64,000 bases of DNA, taken from contig CAWDUU010000012.1 of the NCBI GenBank assembly GCA_963805545.1, positions 6,968-70,967 of the forward strand, written 5' to 3'. The notes under the pieces were generated by a model that saw only the letters and a list, made by a program, of their open reading frames with translations, was not told where the DNA came from and did no database searches. This DNA is from an uncultured Actinomycetes bacterium (GTDB lineage: Bacteria > Actinomycetota > Thermoleophilia > Gaiellales > JAICJC01). This document shows, one piece after another, positions 38,623 to 49,000 of this stretch. A program made the position numbers and the translations under genes. Position 1 is the stretch's first letter, and every line of letters starts with the position of its first letter.

Positions 38623-39720
38623 CTAGAGCGAGAGGAGGAGGACGACGACGGCACCCGCGATGCAGACGCCGATGGCGGCCGGGATGACAAGGGCGAGCGG
38701 GCTGTAGTCGCGCACGTCGACCGACATCAGGTCGCGGATGCCGTACCCGGTGCGCGTGTGCCACTCCCACTCGCGGCGGACGATGCGCAGCGTGGCGTAG
38801 GCGAGACCGGCGAGCACGATGGCGCCGCCGCCGAGGATCGCCACGATGTTCGTGAGCGACGAGCCGGACGAGCCCGCCTGGCCGCCCGACGGCGCTGGGC
38901 GCGTCCCCGAGCTCGGCGGCACGAACGGCGCGACGTTGGTGGTCGTCCCGGGAGAGCGGTTGCCGGCCTGGTCGAGCGCGAAGACGCTGTAGCAGTGGGC
39001 GGTCGCCGTATCGACGGTCGTGTCGGTCTCGCTCGACCGCACGCTGCGGTCGCCGACTCGGGTTCCGGCCGCCGGGGCGGCCGGGCAGGCCGTCCCCGCG
39101 CCGCGGATCACGAGGATCTCGGCCGCGTCAGCCGGCTTCGACCACGTCAGCCGGACACCGGAACTCGAGGTTTTGGAGGTCACGTCGGTGACAGCAGCCG
39201 GAGGCGTCGTATCGCCCGGGTTGACGGCTCGCGCGAGGACCGGGCTGGCCCAGTTGCCCGCCTTGTCGAGCGTGTACACGGCGTAGCAGTACCGCTTGGT
39301 GTCGCGTTCCGTGGTGTCGGTCTGGCTCGTGCGAGGGCCGACCGGTCCGATGCGGGTGGCGGAGAGCTGGAGCGGCTGCTTCGTGGGGCAGCGGCCTGCG
39401 GGGCCGCGCAGGACGAACACCGACGCGATGTCCGTCGCGTTGACGAGCGTCCACGTCAGCCTGATCTGCCCGGGCTTCGACACGATCACCCGGAGGCTGT
39501 GCACGCGCGGCGGCGGCGTGGTGTCCTTCGACTGCGTGGGCGTCGTCGCCGGCGTCGTCGACCCGCCCCCGGTGTCGGGCGGAGGCGGTGGGGGCGGGCC
39601 GGGGTCGGCCGCCGCGGCCGCGGCACCGACGAGAAGGCCACCGACGGCCAATGCCGCGGCAGCGGCTCTCCGTGCTCGTGTGCTCGCTTCGGACCCCACT
39701 TCCTCGCGACCGGTCGTCAC
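38623..39720 (-). CDS. Membrane-anchored surface protein with two FN3-like repeats (start uncertain)
   Basis: Signal peptide, poly-Pro/Thr linker, 2x DTTPP...RLTW...CP...CY.V..LD.AGN, two C-terminal TMs. Confidence 0.8.
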   Translation of the reverse strand: MTTGREEVGSEASTRARRAAAAALAVGGLLVGAAAAAADPGPPPPPPPDTGGGSTTPATTPTQSKDTTPPPRVHSLRVIVSKPGQIRLTWTLVNATDIASVFVLRGPAGRCPTKQPLQLSATRIGPVGPRTSQTDTTERDTKRYCYAVYTLDKAGNWASPVLARAVNPGDTTPPAAVTDVTSKTSSSGVRLTWSKPADAAEILVIRGAGTACPAAPAAGTRVGDRSVRSSETDTTVDTATAHCYSVFALDQAGNRSPGTTTNVAPFVPPSSGTRPAPSGGQAGSSGSSLTNIVAILGGGAIVLAGLAYATLRIVRREWEWHTRTGYGIRDLMSVDVRDYSPLALVIPAAIGVCIAGAVVVLLLSL

Positions 39721-39860
39721 CGGATACGGACAACAATACCCCTGTTCATCCGTGGCCCAGGAGAACCGGTAAACCCGGTCACATGGAGCACGGAGGGCGG
39801 ATCCCCGGAGATGCCGCCCGGCGCGACTATACCGATGTCGCCAGGGCGGCGTGGAGCCTT

Positions 39861-40214
39861 TCAGGCTGCCAGTTCGAGCCAGGGCCGGCGCAGCAGCGCG
39901 GCCAGCTCCGAGAAGCCGGGGAGGGTCTCGGCGATCTCGATCTGGGAGCCGGATCGGCCGATCACGTGGACGGTCACGCGGCCCCACGTCGTCCGCGCGC
40001 GGCGCACGGCCGCGACGTCGTCCCAGGCGATGGAGTGGCGCCCCGCGAGGCTGCGCGCCTCGATGCCGTTCCGCGACACCGACACCCGGTCGGCGCGTCG
40101 CGCCGCCGGCCAGGCCAGGGCGGCCGCAAGCCGGAGCGGCGGGAGGGCGCGGGCGAGAGCCTGCGAGGCGTCGCGCAGCGCGCAGCGGGGGTACTCGAAG
40201 ACGAGCGGTTCCAT
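39861..40214 (-). CDS. Small PH-like domain protein
   Basis: VSVSRNGIEARS...SIAWDDVAAV pattern; CATACT 6 nt before ATG. Confidence 0.55.
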   Translation of the reverse strand: MEPLVFEYPRCALRDASQALARALPPLRLAAALAWPAARRADRVSVSRNGIEARSLAGRHSIAWDDVAAVRRARTTWGRVTVHVIGRSGSQIEIAETLPGFSELAALLRRPWLELAA

Positions 40215-40338
40215 CGTCCCAGTATGCGGGCTCGCGGCGCCGGCGCAATCCATCGGCCGGGGGATGCGATGCGTCTTGACTTGACCCGTTCCGGCGGTAC
40301 CCTGGACTGGGGATTCGATTCGACCATCGGGGGGGCTG

Positions 40339-41490
40339 ATGCGGGCTCGGGTATTGCGGGCGGCGGCAATTGCCGCGGGTGTGGGACTGTGCGGGCTGGC
40401 GACCGGCTCGTCGGCGTTCGCCGTCGTGGCGACGGCGCCGACGCCGACGTGGCAGACGAACGGCCGCGTGAACGTGATCGTGGTCCACAAGAATCGTGTG
40501 TACATCGGCGGGCAGTTCACCGCCGTTCGGCCACCGGGGGCACCCGCCGGCTCTCAGGAGGTCACCCGCAACCACGTCGCGGCGTTCAACATCGCCAAGG
40601 GCACCCTCGTTGCGTGGAACCCGAATGCGAACGGCACCGTCCGGGCGATCCAGGTCGTCGGTTCGACCGTCTATCTGGGCGGCTCGTTCACCCGGATCGG
40701 CAACTCGGGCCGGCAGCGACTGGCGCAGGTCAACAACAGCACCGGCGCCCCGACCGCGTGGCATCCGGGCGCCAACTCCGAGGTGCTCGCGTTCGGGTAC
40801 AGGAGCGGCGTCCTCTACGCCGGCGGTGGGTTCACGACCGCGGGCGGCGCCGCGCGCGCCCATCTCGCGGCGTTCTCGACGAGCACGGGCAACCTCACCG
40901 GGTGGTCGCCGTCCACCGACGACCAGGTGAAGGCGCTGACCATCACGCCGGGCGGGGTTCGCGTCGTTGTCGGCGGGCTCTTCACGCAGGTGAACGGGAC
41001 GTCGGCCAACCACATCGCAGCGATCAACCCCGGCGGCAGCGGGACGCTCGCGAGCTGGGCCACCCACCTCAGCTACCCGGTGATCGACCTCGCCAGGGAC
41101 CGGCACGGCGTGTACGTCGCCGGGGCGGGAGGCGGTGGGAACTTCGCGGGCCTCTCACCGACGGGCGCTCAGATGTGGCAGGGCGGGACGAACGGCAACG
41201 TCCAGGCCATCGGCGTGGTCGGCGGCATCGTCTACGTCGGCGGCCACATGCAGAACTACTGCGGGCCCCAGCACGGCCAGCACACCTGCACGAACCCGAT
41301 TCCCCGCGACAAGCTGCTCGCGGTGGACGAGAACACCGGGAACCTGCTCCCGTGGGCTCCCGGCGCCGACAGCGCGCTCGGCGTGTTCGCCCTGACCGGC
41401 ATGGGTTCGACGGGCAACCTCCTCGCGGGTGGAGATTTCCGGCACACCGGAAACCACGCCCAGCAGGGGTTCGCCCTGTTCGCGAACTAG
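40339..41490 (+). CDS. Secreted beta-propeller repeat protein
   Basis: Signal peptide; blades YxGG.F...W.P.AN; paralog of 6366..7580; TTGACT-N16-TACCCT upstream. Confidence 0.8.
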   Translation: MRARVLRAAAIAAGVGLCGLATGSSAFAVVATAPTPTWQTNGRVNVIVVHKNRVYIGGQFTAVRPPGAPAGSQEVTRNHVAAFNIAKGTLVAWNPNANGTVRAIQVVGSTVYLGGSFTRIGNSGRQRLAQVNNSTGAPTAWHPGANSEVLAFGYRSGVLYAGGGFTTAGGAARAHLAAFSTSTGNLTGWSPSTDDQVKALTITPGGVRVVVGGLFTQVNGTSANHIAAINPGGSGTLASWATHLSYPVIDLARDRHGVYVAGAGGGGNFAGLSPTGAQMWQGGTNGNVQAIGVVGGIVYVGGHMQNYCGPQHGQHTCTNPIPRDKLLAVDENTGNLLPWAPGADSALGVFALTGMGSTGNLLAGGDFRHTGNHAQQGFALFAN

Positions 41491-42443
41491 GACGGCAGAA
41501 GCACGGCCGAGCCCTGAACCTCGCCCGCCGCAAGGCGGGCGAGGGCTCGGGGAGCCTCGGCAAGCTCGAAGGTCTGCGTCTGGGCCCTGACCGGGATCTC
41601 GGCCGCCAGCTCCAGGAACTCGGTCGCGTCGGCCCGGGTGAAGTTCGCCACCGAGCGCAGCACGCGCTCGCGCCAGAGCAGGTCGTAGTCGAACGCCGGG
41701 ATGCCGTCGAGGTGGATGGCGTTGATCGCCACCGTTCCGCCCGGGGCGAGCGCCTTCAGGGCCGAGACGACGACCGATCCGGCGGGCGCGAATGTGACCG
41801 CGGCGTCGAGCGGCTCCGGAGGCGCTTCGTCGTAGCCACCGACCCAGGCGGCGCCGAGCTCGTGCGCGAGCCTGTGCTCGGCCGGCGAGCGTGAGAAGAC
41901 CGAGACCTCGCAACCCCAGTGGCGCGCCACCTGGATCGCGAGATGCGCCGACGAGCCGAACCCGAAGAGGCCGAGCCGGCCGCCGGGGCGGATGCCGCTC
42001 AGGCGCAGCGACCGGTAGCCGATGATCCCGGCGCACAGGAGCGGCGCGGCCTCGACATCGCTCAGACCGTCGGGGAGCGAGAAGGCGTAGTCGCGCCGCG
42101 CGACGGCCAGCTCCGCGTACCCGCCGTCGACGGTCCACCCGCGGAAGTCCGCCAGCTCGCACAGGTTCTCGCGGCCGGCGAGGCACTGCGCACACCGGCC
42201 GCACGCGCCGGCCAGCCATGCCAGCCCGACCCGCTCGCCGGTTCCCGCGATCCGCCCCACCACCTGATGGCCGGGGATGACCGGCCGCTTGCGCATCGGG
42301 ATGTCGCCCGACACGATCTGAAGGTCGGTCCGGCAGACGCCGCACGCCGCCACCTCCACGACCACCTCGCCCTCACCGGCCGCGGGATCCGGGACGTCGC
42401 GGAGCGCCAGGTCGTCCGGCGCGGAGAGAACCATGGCCTTCAC
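41487..42443 (-). CDS. Zinc-dependent alcohol dehydrogenase
   Basis: CGVCRTD, PGHQ, CxxCxxC-x7-C, APLLCAG, GFGSSAH. Confidence 0.93.
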   Translation of the reverse strand: MKAMVLSAPDDLALRDVPDPAAGEGEVVVEVAACGVCRTDLQIVSGDIPMRKRPVIPGHQVVGRIAGTGERVGLAWLAGACGRCAQCLAGRENLCELADFRGWTVDGGYAELAVARRDYAFSLPDGLSDVEAAPLLCAGIIGYRSLRLSGIRPGGRLGLFGFGSSAHLAIQVARHWGCEVSVFSRSPAEHRLAHELGAAWVGGYDEAPPEPLDAAVTFAPAGSVVVSALKALAPGGTVAINAIHLDGIPAFDYDLLWRERVLRSVANFTRADATEFLELAAEIPVRAQTQTFELAEAPRALARLAAGEVQGSAVLLPS

Positions 42444-42571
42444 GGCCGCATCGTCTCACGCGCGTGACGCGGGGGACCCCATGGTTGCTCGCCTTGCGGC
42501 CCGTCCATCGGGTCAGCGTACGACGCGGGCCGGTGTGCGCCAACGAAGCGTCTGTATCGGGCGCCGGTGGT

Positions 42572-42976
42572 TCAGCCGTCGTAGGCCGGCTCGCGCTTGC
42601 GCTGCCGACCGCCGTCGTGATGGTGCGAGTGGGCCGAGGCGCTTGCGACGATCAGGATCAGGCAGATCGCGATGAAGTTCCGGAACGTCGGCTCGGGCCA
42701 GTGCAACCGCGCCGCGCCGTGGAACCAGTGCGGGTCGATCAGGAAGACGGCGGCGACGATGATGATGCGGCCGGCGAGGCCGATAGCCAGGAAGATCGCC
42801 GCCAGGACGATCCCCCAGAAGCCGAGCTCGGGTGCGCCGACCGCGTGCGCCAGGTCGAGCACGTTCCACGCGAGCCACACCAGCAGCGGGCCCAGGAGGA
42901 GGCCGCCGATGACCAGCGCCACGGCTCCGGCGAGGAGCGCTCCGAGCCCCAGGATTGCGAGCACCCAACCAAGCAT
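42572..42976 (-). CDS. Hypothetical membrane protein with His-rich tail
   Basis: 134 aa, several TMs, ...AHSHHHDG. Confidence 0.7.
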   Translation of the reverse strand: MLGWVLAILGLGALLAGAVALVIGGLLLGPLLVWLAWNVLDLAHAVGAPELGFWGIVLAAIFLAIGLAGRIIIVAAVFLIDPHWFHGAARLHWPEPTFRNFIAICLILIVASASAHSHHHDGGRQRKREPAYDG

Positions 42977-43036
42977 CTCCTTGACGTTCGCCGCGCGCTC
43001 GCCCGACCCTTCCCGCCGGTCTGGGACAATGACGGG

Positions 43037-43717
43037 ATGCGCGTGCTGATCGTCGAGGACGAGCCGCACATGGCCGAGCTGATCGGACGCGGCCTCGAGA
43101 AGGAGGGGATGGCGGTCGACATCGCCCCGACCGGCGAGCAGGCCATCGAGATGGCGGCGGCCGCCGACTACGACTCCATCGTCCTCGACGTGCTGCTGCC
43201 CGGCATCGACGGGTTCGAGACGTGCCGCCGGCTGCGGTCGGGACAGGTGTGGGCGCCGGTCGTGATGCTGACGGCGCTCGACTCCGTCGAGGACCGCGTG
43301 CTCGGCCTCGACACCGGGGCCGACGACTACCTCGTGAAGCCGTTCGCGTTCGCCGAGCTCCTCGCCCGCCTCAGGGCCGTCTCGCGCCGGCGCGAGCCGG
43401 AGCGCCCGAGCGTGCTGGAGGCCGGAGCGCTGCGGCTCGACCCGGCCAGCCGCCGGGTGTGGCGGGGCGACGTCGAGGTGGAGCTGTCGGCGAAGGAGTT
43501 CGCGATTCTCGAGACGTTCATGCGCCGCCCCGAAGAGGCGCTCACCCGGGCGCACCTCCTCGCACACGCATGGGACAGCTCCTACGAGGACGGCTCGAAC
43601 ATCATCGACGTCTATGTCCGCCGCCTGCGGAAGAAGCTCGACGAGCCGTTCGGCACGCGGGCGATCGAGACCGTCCGCGGAGCCGGTTACCGGCTGCGGG
43701 CGGACGGTGGTGCGTGA
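43037..43717 (+). CDS. OmpR-family response regulator
   Basis: MRVLIVEDE, LDVLLP, GADDYLVKPF, NIIDVYVRRLRKK, ETVRGAGY. Confidence 0.95.
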   Translation: MRVLIVEDEPHMAELIGRGLEKEGMAVDIAPTGEQAIEMAAAADYDSIVLDVLLPGIDGFETCRRLRSGQVWAPVVMLTALDSVEDRVLGLDTGADDYLVKPFAFAELLARLRAVSRRREPERPSVLEAGALRLDPASRRVWRGDVEVELSAKEFAILETFMRRPEEALTRAHLLAHAWDSSYEDGSNIIDVYVRRLRKKLDEPFGTRAIETVRGAGYRLRADGGA

Positions 43718-45099
43718 GCCGGATCCCGATCCGGCTGCGGGTCGCCGCGGCGTTCGCGATCGCGATGACCGTCGTCCTTGCCGCCAGCGGGTGGTACGTC
43801 TACACGAGCCTCGGCCGCCACCTCTCCCAGGCGCTGAACCGCGAGCTGCGGGTGCGGGCGGATGACCTCGCGGCGGTGGTGGCCGACCCGGACAGCAGCC
43901 TCGCCGCGGCGACGAACGGCCCGTTCGTGGAGCGGGGCGAGAGCTACGCCCAGCTCGTCGCGGCGAACGGCGCGGTCATCCAGTTCACGCGGCCGCTGGG
44001 GCCGGCACCCGTGCTGAGCCGTGACGAGGTCGGCCGTGCCCTCGAGGGCTCGATCTTCGGAGACAGGCCGCGGGTGCCGGGGCTCGACGAGCCGTCGCGG
44101 TTTCTCGCCGTGCCGGTGACACGCGGCGGGGACACGCCGTACGTGCTCGTCGTGGGCGCGACCCTCGAAAACCGCGCCGAGACGCTCCGCAGCCTGCGCG
44201 ACCAGCTCCTCCTGGCCGGCCCGGTGGCGCTGCTCGTCGCCACGGGCGCCGGGTACCTCCTGGCCGGGCTCTCGCTGCGGCCGGTCGACTCGATGCGGCG
44301 CCGGGCGGCCTCGATCTCGGCGGAGCGCCCCGGGGAGCGACTCCCGGTGCCGCATACCCGTGACGAGCTCGAGCGGTTGGGCGAGACGCTGAACGAGATG
44401 CTCGACCGGCTCGAGGATGCTCTGGCCCGCGAGCGGAGCTTCGTCGCCGATGCCGGCCACGAGCTGCGAACGCCGCTCGCGCTCGTGCGCACGGAGCTCG
44501 AGCTGGCGCTGCGCCACACCGGCTCGCCCGAGGAGCTGCGCGAGGCCGTGCGGCGCTCGTCTCAGGAGGTCGACCGCCTGGCTCAGCTGGCCGACGGCCT
44601 GCTGCTCCTGGCCCGCTCACATGGCGGCGACCTGCCGCTGCGGGTTGAGCCCCTCGATGCCGCCGACCTGCTCACCTCGGTCGCGAGCCGCTTCGAGTGG
44701 CGGGCGCAGGCCGCCGGCCGGCCGATCGTCACGTCACAGCCCGGCGGCCTGCGCCTTCAGGCCGACCGGCTGCGGCTCGAGCAGGCGCTCGGGAACCTCG
44801 TCGACAACGCCCTGCGTTACGGCGAGGGCGAGATCCACGTGCTGGCCCGGCCGGCGAGCGCCATGGTCGAGCTGCACGTGACCGACGAGGGCGCGGGCTT
44901 CCCGGCCGAGTTCCTGGGGCGGGCGTTCGAGCGCTTCTCGCGCCACGATCAGGCGCACGCGCGGGGCGGCGCCGGACTGGGGCTGGCCATCGTCCGGGCC
45001 ATTGCCGAGGCCCACGGGGGCACCGCACATGCCGACGCCGGCAGGCCCGGCGCGGACGTGTGGCTGACCGTTCCGGGCGCGGCCGACTCTGGCGCTTGA
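43714..45099 (+). CDS. Sensor histidine kinase (HAMP, HisKA, HATPase)
   Basis: FVADAGHELRTPL, NLVDNALRY, DEGAG, GAGLGLAIV; GTGA overlap. Confidence 0.95.
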   Translation: MSRIPIRLRVAAAFAIAMTVVLAASGWYVYTSLGRHLSQALNRELRVRADDLAAVVADPDSSLAAATNGPFVERGESYAQLVAANGAVIQFTRPLGPAPVLSRDEVGRALEGSIFGDRPRVPGLDEPSRFLAVPVTRGGDTPYVLVVGATLENRAETLRSLRDQLLLAGPVALLVATGAGYLLAGLSLRPVDSMRRRAASISAERPGERLPVPHTRDELERLGETLNEMLDRLEDALARERSFVADAGHELRTPLALVRTELELALRHTGSPEELREAVRRSSQEVDRLAQLADGLLLLARSHGGDLPLRVEPLDAADLLTSVASRFEWRAQAAGRPIVTSQPGGLRLQADRLRLEQALGNLVDNALRYGEGEIHVLARPASAMVELHVTDEGAGFPAEFLGRAFERFSRHDQAHARGGAGLGLAIVRAIAEAHGGTAHADAGRPGADVWLTVPGAADSGA

Positions 45100-45124
45100 C
45101 ATGTGACGGTCGAGACAATACCCT
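45096..45124 (+). promoter_or_regulatory. Housekeeping-sigma promoter of the SARP gene
   Basis: TTGACA-N17-TACCCT; the spacer contains GTGACGG. Confidence 0.6.
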
Positions 45125-45149
45125 CGACGCGAGGGAGCATGAACAGAAG

Positions 45150-45935
45150 ATGAATACGTGCCTTGGACCGGCGTCGCACGGGCCCGCCGGTCGACGCCGG
45201 CCGCGCACACACGTGCATGTGCTCGACAGCTTTTCGGTCTTGAGCGACCGGGAGATCGTGGCGCTGCCGATGAGCTCACGGCGGGTCGTGGCGTTCCTCG
45301 CCCTTCGCGGGCATCCCGTGCTGCGCCTTCACGTCGCCGGATCGCTCTGGCTGGACTCACCCGAGGAGCGCGGGTTCGCCAACCTGCGCTCGGCGCTCTG
45401 GCGCATCCACCGCTCGGGCGTGGAGCTCGTCGAATCGCGGGGCGACATGCTCCAGCTCGGGGCCGGCGTGCGTGTCGACCTGGCCGAAGCCACGGCGCTC
45501 GCGCGGCGGCTGATCGGGAGCGTTCCGATGGGCGCCGGCGCCGATGTCGACTGGGGCCTGCTCTCGAGCGAGGTGCTGCCGGACTGGGACGACGACTGGG
45601 TGCTGGTCGAGCGCGAGCACTTCCGCAACCTCTCGCTCCAGGCACTCGAGTCGCTGTGCGAGCACCTGACCGCCCAGGGCCGCCTGCGCCTGGCGCTCGA
45701 GGTCGGCCTCGCCGCGTTCGCCCGCGACCCGCTGCGCGAGAGCGCGCACCGCCTGCTGGTGCGCATCCATCTGGCCGACGGGAACCACTTCGACGCCCTC
45801 CGCCAGTTCCGGCTCTACCGCGACCTGGTGCGGACCAGGCTCGGGATCGAGCCGTCGCCGCAGATGTTCGAGCTCGTCCGCGGTCTGCTGCGCGACGAGG
45901 CCGGGGTCAGCGCCGGCCCGATCGCCGCCGCCTGA
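45150..45935 (+). CDS. Small SARP-type regulator (wHTH plus BTAD)
   Basis: VAFLAL...LW.DSPEERGFANLRSALWR; LPDWDDDWVLVERE; DPLRESAHRLL; LGIEPSP. Confidence 0.88.
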   Translation: MNTCLGPASHGPAGRRRPRTHVHVLDSFSVLSDREIVALPMSSRRVVAFLALRGHPVLRLHVAGSLWLDSPEERGFANLRSALWRIHRSGVELVESRGDMLQLGAGVRVDLAEATALARRLIGSVPMGAGADVDWGLLSSEVLPDWDDDWVLVEREHFRNLSLQALESLCEHLTAQGRLRLALEVGLAAFARDPLRESAHRLLVRIHLADGNHFDALRQFRLYRDLVRTRLGIEPSPQMFELVRGLLRDEAGVSAGPIAAA

Positions 45936-45945
45936 ACCCGGTTGC

Positions 45946-46012
45946 CGTCACGTGGGACGGTGACGCTGCGGTGACGGGTGGGTGACGAACAGGCGCTACG
46001 CATTGCGCCTGT
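45946..46012 (+). promoter_or_regulatory. Heptamer direct repeats (putative SARP sites) plus hairpin
   Basis: GGTGACG at 45959, 45970, 45981 (11-bp period); inverted CGTCAC at 45946; ACAGGCGC-N8-GCGCCTGT at 45989-46012. Confidence 0.7.
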
Positions 46013-46042
46013 CGGCCGTCGAACGAAGGAGCAGCGCCCGTC

Positions 46043-49000
46043 ATGTTGGGTTGGATCGTCGGTTCGAGCCTCCGCTTCAGGCTCCTGGCCGTGGCGCTGG
46101 CCGCGGCGGTGCTCGCCGCCGGCGCGAACCAGGCGCGGCAGATGTCCGTGGACTCGCTGCCCGAGTTCGCGCCGCCCATGATCGAGGTCCAGACCGAGGC
46201 GCTCGGGCTGTCGGCCCCCGAGGTGGAGGACCTCGTGACGCTCAACCTCGAGGAGCTCCTGAACGGCACGCCGTGGCTCACGAACGTCCACTCCACGTCC
46301 GTGCCGGGGCTGTCCTCGATCCTGCTCACGTTCGAGCCCGGCACCGACGTCCTGCGGGCTCGACAGCTCGTCCAGGAGCGGCTTGCGCTCTCGTTCGCGA
46401 TCCCGAACGTCGCCAAGCCGCCGGTGATCATCCAGCCGCTCTCGACGACGAACCGGGTGATGATGGTCGGGCTCTCCTCGAAGACCGTCTCGCCGATCGA
46501 GATGGGCATCCTCGCGCGCTGGAACATCCGGCCGGCGCTGCTGGCCGTGCCGGGTGTCGCCAACGTCTCGATCTGGGGCCAGCGCGAACGCCAGCTCCAG
46601 GTGCAGGTGCAGCCCGAGCGCCTGCTGGCCAACCACATCACGCTCGACCAGATCGTGCGCACCACCGGCAACGCCATGTGGGTGTCGCCGCTGACGTTCC
46701 TCCAGGCCTCGACGCCGGGCTCCGGCGGTTGGATCGACACGCCCCAGCAGCGGCTCGAGGTGCGGCACATCTTTCCGATCACGACCGCCGGCGACCTTTC
46801 GAAGGTGACGGTGGACGGCGCTGCGCCGCTGCGCCTGAGCGACGTCGCCGACGTCGTCGAGGACCACCAGCCCCTGATCGGCGACGCCGTCCTGACCGGA
46901 GGCGAGGACAGCCTGATCGTGATCGAGAAGTTCCCGAACGCGAACACGCTCGAGGTGACACGGGGCGTCGAGAGGGCGCTCGACGACCTGCGGCCCGGCC
47001 TGGCCGGCATCCGGATCGACACGTCCATCGCGCGGCCGGCGACCTTCATCGACGAGTCGATCGACAACCTGACGCTGGCGGCCGTGATCGGGGCGATCCT
47101 GCTCGTCGCCGCGCTCGGCGCGCTGCTCTTCGAGTGGCGGGCCGCCCTCGTCGCGGCGCTTGCGGTCCCCGTCTCGCTCATGGCGGGACTCCTCGTGCTC
47201 GATCTGCGCGGCGACTCGATCAACCTGATGGTGATCGCCGGCTTCGCGATCGCCCTGGCCGTCCTCGTCGACGACGCCGTGAACTCGACGAACGCCATCG
47301 CGACCCGCCTGCGCGAGGACCGTGCCGCAGGCCGTCCGCCGGCGCTCACCACGGCCGTCGTGGAGGCGTCGGCCGCCTCCCGGCGCGGCCTCGCCTACGC
47401 GACCCTCGTCGCCCTCCTGCCGCTCCTGCCGTTCCTCTTCGCCGAGGGTGTCGACCACGCGGTCGCCGAGCCGCTCGTGCTCTCGTACGTGCTCGCGGTG
47501 CTCGCCTCGGCGCTGGTTGCGCTGACCGTCACGCCGGCGCTGGCGTATCTCCTCTACATGCGTGGCGGCGGCGGACGGGAATCGCCCGTCGTCCGTCGCG
47601 TCGCCGCCGCGTACGGGCCGTTCCTCGAACGCGCGCTGGCCCGTCCGCCGGCCGTCTTCGGCGCCGCCGCCGTGGCCGTGATCCTGGCGGTGGCTGCCGG
47701 GCCGTCGTTCGACCAGTCGCTGCTGCCGTCATTCCACGACCCCGCCGTCGTCGTGCGCTGGAGCGCCGCCGCCGGCACGTCCGAGCCCGAGATGGCGCGG
47801 ATCACGACCCGCGTCACGAACGACATCCGCCACATCCCCGGCGTGGCGAACGTCGGCGCCCACGTCGGCCGCGCGGTGCTCGGCGACCAGGTCGTCGACG
47901 TGAACTCGGCCGAGCTCTGGGTCAGCATCGACCCGGGAGCGGACTACCGCGCGACCGTGTCGCGGGTGAGGGACACCATGGCCGCGTATCCCGGGATCGC
48001 CCAGAGCGTGTCGAGCTACCTCGACGACCGCGTCCACCATTTCGACGCCGGCCCGCCCGACGACATCACCGTGCGCGTGTTCGGCCCCTCGTTCGAGACG
48101 CTCGGTGAGACGGCGGCCCGGGTGCGCGACATGGTGACGGGGATCGACGGCGTCTCGACCGCCCGGATGGACACCCGGCTCGACCAGCCCAACATCGAGG
48201 TCGAGGTCGATCTCGAGAAGGCCAAGCGCTACGGCCTGAAGCCGGGCGACGTGCGCCGCGCCGCCGCCACGATGCTCGCGGGGCTCGAGGTCGGGAGCCT
48301 GTTCGAGCAGCAGAAGGTGTTCCAGGTGACCGTGTGGTCGACGCCCGGCAGCCGCGGCTCGGTGAGCGGGATCGAGAACCTCGTCATCGACACGCCGAGC
48401 GGCGGGCATGTGCGGCTCGCCGACGTCGCCGGCGTCCGGATCGCCCCCACGCCCACCGTCATCCAGCGCGACGAGGTGTCGCGCAGGATCGACATCGGAG
48501 TCGGCGTGAGCGGTCGCGACCCGGGCTCGGTCGCGGCCGACATCAACCAGCGGCTCCAGACGGCGAGCTTCCCGCTCGAGTACCACGCCGAGGTCGTCGG
48601 CAACTACAAGAGCGCCGACTCGCTGCACCGGCGGATGTTTGGGGCCGGCCTGGCCGCGGCCATCGGCATCCTGCTCCTGCTCCAGGCCGCGTTCCAGAGC
48701 TGGCGGCTCGCCGGGCTCGTCTTCCTCACCCTCCCGGCCGCCCTGTCGGGCGGCATCCTGGCGGCGTTCGTCGCCCAGGACGGGATGTCGCTCGGGGCGT
48801 TCGCGGCGCTGCTCGCGGTGCTGGCGATCGCGGCCCGCGGGATCGTGTCGCTCGTCGAGCGCTACCAGGTGCTGGAGGACGAGGGCATGGAGCCGGGCGT
48901 CGGGCTTGTCGTGCGCGGCGCCGGCGAGCGCCTGCCCGCCATCCTGATCCCGGCGGTCGCCTCGGCGGCCGCGCTGCTGCCGCTGATCGTGACGGGGACG

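Noticed and set aside
42456-42467. Palindrome TCACGCGCGTGA upstream of the alcohol dehydrogenase
   Set aside because: Single GC-rich palindrome with no linked regulator.
45139-45153. Mini-ORF MNRR (tandem AGA codons) overlapping the SARP ATG
   Set aside because: The SD is only 1 nt from its ATG; too short to distinguish from chance.
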